Assembly (NCBI GenBank): GCA_963804645.1
Contig: CAWDRG010000022.1
Span: 32,001-96,000 of the forward strand
Direction: 5' to 3'
DNA: 64,000 bases
Source: an uncultured Bacillota bacterium
GTDB lineage: Bacteria > Sysuimicrobiota > Sysuimicrobiia > Sysuimicrobiales > Segetimicrobiaceae
Position numbers and translations under genes: made by a program. Under the pieces are notes generated by a model. The model worked only from the letters and a program-made list of their open reading frames with translations. It ran no database searches and had not been told where the DNA came from. Below are positions 62,325 to 64,000 of the stretch, piece after piece. How positions within the stretch are numbered: position 1 is the stretch's first letter; each line of letters begins with the position of its first letter.

Positions 62325-63100
62325 ACCGGGCTCAGCGAGGTCACGAGCCAGCGCTTGTCCCGCTGCGGCTTGAAGACGGCGATGCGGCGCTCCATGATCG
62401 TCCGCCGCGCTCCGTCGGCGGGATGTTCGGCGTCGATCATCAGCTCCGTGTAGACCAGGATAGCGTCGGGGTAGAGAATCGGCTGCGGCATCTCCACAAG
62501 CGACGCCTCGAACCGCCAGCCCCGCAGCGACTCCAGCAGGCGCTTGAACTGCCAGGCGAGGCCGTCACGATCGATCTCGCGGTCGTCCTCCAAGGCGTGG
62601 TAGTCGGGCGCCACGCACGCCATCGCCGACTCCACGTCGCCGCGGCCGATCGCGTGCACCAGATCGTACAGACACCCGACCACCGCCTCGGCGTCGGTGT
62701 CCAGCATCTCCTCCTCGGGTTCCGCCAGCAGCACGCGCAGACTGATGCGCCGGCCGGGCGCCTCGGGCGCGACCGCCGTCGGCGCCGCGTGCCCGACGGA
62801 GGACGGTGAGAGGTACGCGGGCTCGCCGATCGGCGCCGGCGCCAGGCGCTCGATCCCGGCCGCGGGGTCGCCGGGCGCCTCGAAGAAACTGTCCCACGGG
62901 TTCGCCCCGCGGGGCGCCGGCCGGAACCACATGCTGAGGCGGTCGGTGGCGCTGAGCCGCCCGCCGAGCGGCGCCGGGGACAGGTACGACTCCTGCCAGG
63001 GCGACAGGGTGTCGCCCCCGCGGCCCAGTTCGGCGAGCACGCGGTGCAGCAAGACGATCGCCTCGTCCAGCCGAGCGTCCACGGACCGTCCCACCGCCAT
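62321..63100 (-). CDS. protein with C-terminal NTF2/SnoaL-like domain
   Basis: AIGRGDVESAMACVAPDY...IDRDG...W pattern; low-complexity N-terminal half. Confidence 0.65.
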   Translation of the reverse strand: MAVGRSVDARLDEAIVLLHRVLAELGRGGDTLSPWQESYLSPAPLGGRLSATDRLSMWFRPAPRGANPWDSFFEAPGDPAAGIERLAPAPIGEPAYLSPSSVGHAAPTAVAPEAPGRRISLRVLLAEPEEEMLDTDAEAVVGCLYDLVHAIGRGDVESAMACVAPDYHALEDDREIDRDGLAWQFKRLLESLRGWRFEASLVEMPQPILYPDAILVYTELMIDAEHPADGARRTIMERRIAVFKPQRDKRWLVTSLSPV

Positions 63101-63142
63101 CACCCGCCTCCCCTGGGGATTTCGTGCCGCCGCACCTCGGGC

Positions 63143-64000
63143 CTAGCGACTCCGCTGCATCAGATACTTGGACAACCGTACAAATCGGTATTTCGCCGCC
63201 GTCTCAGGAAGCTCCGCGAGGTACTGCACCGCCTCGTCGATCAGGCTGTTCGCCGTCTGCTCGGCCCGTTCCCGGGCGCGCGTCCGCCGAAACAGTTCGT
63301 GGACCCAGGCAACCTCATCCGGAGTCGTCTCCTGCCGCGCCCGGTTGAGGATCGCGAACATGCGTCCCCGCTCCGCCGCGGCGGAGCGCTCCGACGCGTA
63401 CGCAACCATCAAGGTGCGCTTCCCCTCCAGCACGTCCGAGCCGAGCGGCCGGCCCTTCCCGCCGACGACATCCAGGGCGTCGTCCTTGATCTGAAACGCC
63501 ACCCCGGCCTGCAGCGCGAAAGCTCGGAGACGCTGGAGGTCTCGCGCGTCGGCGCCGCCGATGATGCCCCCGCCCACGGCCGCCATCGCGAAGAACGCCC
63601 CCGTCTTCTTGCGCGCGCACTCGACGTAATCCTCCGGCGTCGGCGCGTCGTTGCGGCGCAGATTGATGTCCAGCCCCTGCCCCTCGGTCACCAGGAGGCC
63701 GAGCTCCGACAGCACCTGGAACAGCGCCACTTTGGTCTGCGCGGAGTACGCGCCCTCGAGAATCGCGAGCGAGCTGAGCGGAATGAACGCGTCGCCGATG
63801 TTGATGGCGTGGGCCACGCCGAACCGCTGCCACGCCGAGGGGCGTCCCCGGCGCTCGCCGTCGCCGTCGGCGATGTCGTCGTGAATCAGGCTGAAGTTCT
63901 GCAGATGCTCGATCGCCGCGGCAAAGTGCAGCGCCGGGCGGTACGACCCGCAAAACATCTCGCACGTAGTCGCGCACAGCGCCGCCCGGACGCGCTTCCC
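63143..64000 (-). CDS. polyprenyl (probably GGPP) synthase, 5' end outside the window
   Basis: GKRVR at the window edge, FSLIHDDIAD.D..RRG, GQGLD, KT, FQIKDD.LD, EGK. Confidence 0.95.
   Translation of the reverse strand, partial: GKRVRAALCATTCEMFCGSYRPALHFAAAIEHLQNFSLIHDDIADGDGERRGRPSAWQRFGVAHAINIGDAFIPLSSLAILEGAYSAQTKVALFQVLSELGLLVTEGQGLDINLRRNDAPTPEDYVECARKKTGAFFAMAAVGGGIIGGADARDLQRLRAFALQAGVAFQIKDDALDVVGGKGRPLGSDVLEGKRTLMVAYASERSAAAERGRMFAILNRARQETTPDEVAWVHELFRRTRARERAEQTANSLIDEAVQYLAELPETAAKYRFVRLSKYLMQRSR

Overview
High-GC bacterial window with five blocks. (1) 1-4.4 kb: CBS, USP and BON stress genes plus gap. (2) 4.5-9.6 kb: a decayed region (gene relics, truncated DDE transposase) beside an acyl-CoA ligase and a 4-hydroxybutyryl-CoA-dehydratase/HpaB-family gene that lacks the Fe-S cysteines. 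(3) 9.8-21.9 kb: a bioenergetic island. An SCO-cbaD-cbaB-cbaA (ba3-type oxidase)-Rieske-cytochrome b/c-fusion operon is divergent from an N-type ATPase operon (atpDCQ-BEFAG, no atpR) headed by a small CxxC/CxxC ORF. (4) 21.9-31.8 kb: sugar-catabolic and housekeeping genes and an argH/amidohydrolase deletion chimera. (5) 32-64 kb, the most notable part: an uninterrupted minus-strand run that continues past the right edge. It looks like a hybrid terpenoid/highly reducing type II PKS glycolipid cluster, with two polyprenyl synthases, a class I terpene-synthase-fold/methyltransferase fusion, a class II cyclase-like barrel, GT9/GT4/GT1, a KS plus inactive KS pair, two FabZ, FabG, FabL, a zinc-ribbon-fused ACP and a ligase-ACP-acyltransferase. 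It is followed by a visibly lower-GC segment with a geranylgeranyl reductase, ArsA-HSP20 and four mevalonate-pathway genes. Many single-base frameshifts cluster at 45.7-50.7 kb (assembly errors or decay). No rRNA, tRNA or CRISPR array was recognised. All calls come from motif recognition by eye, with no database searches.
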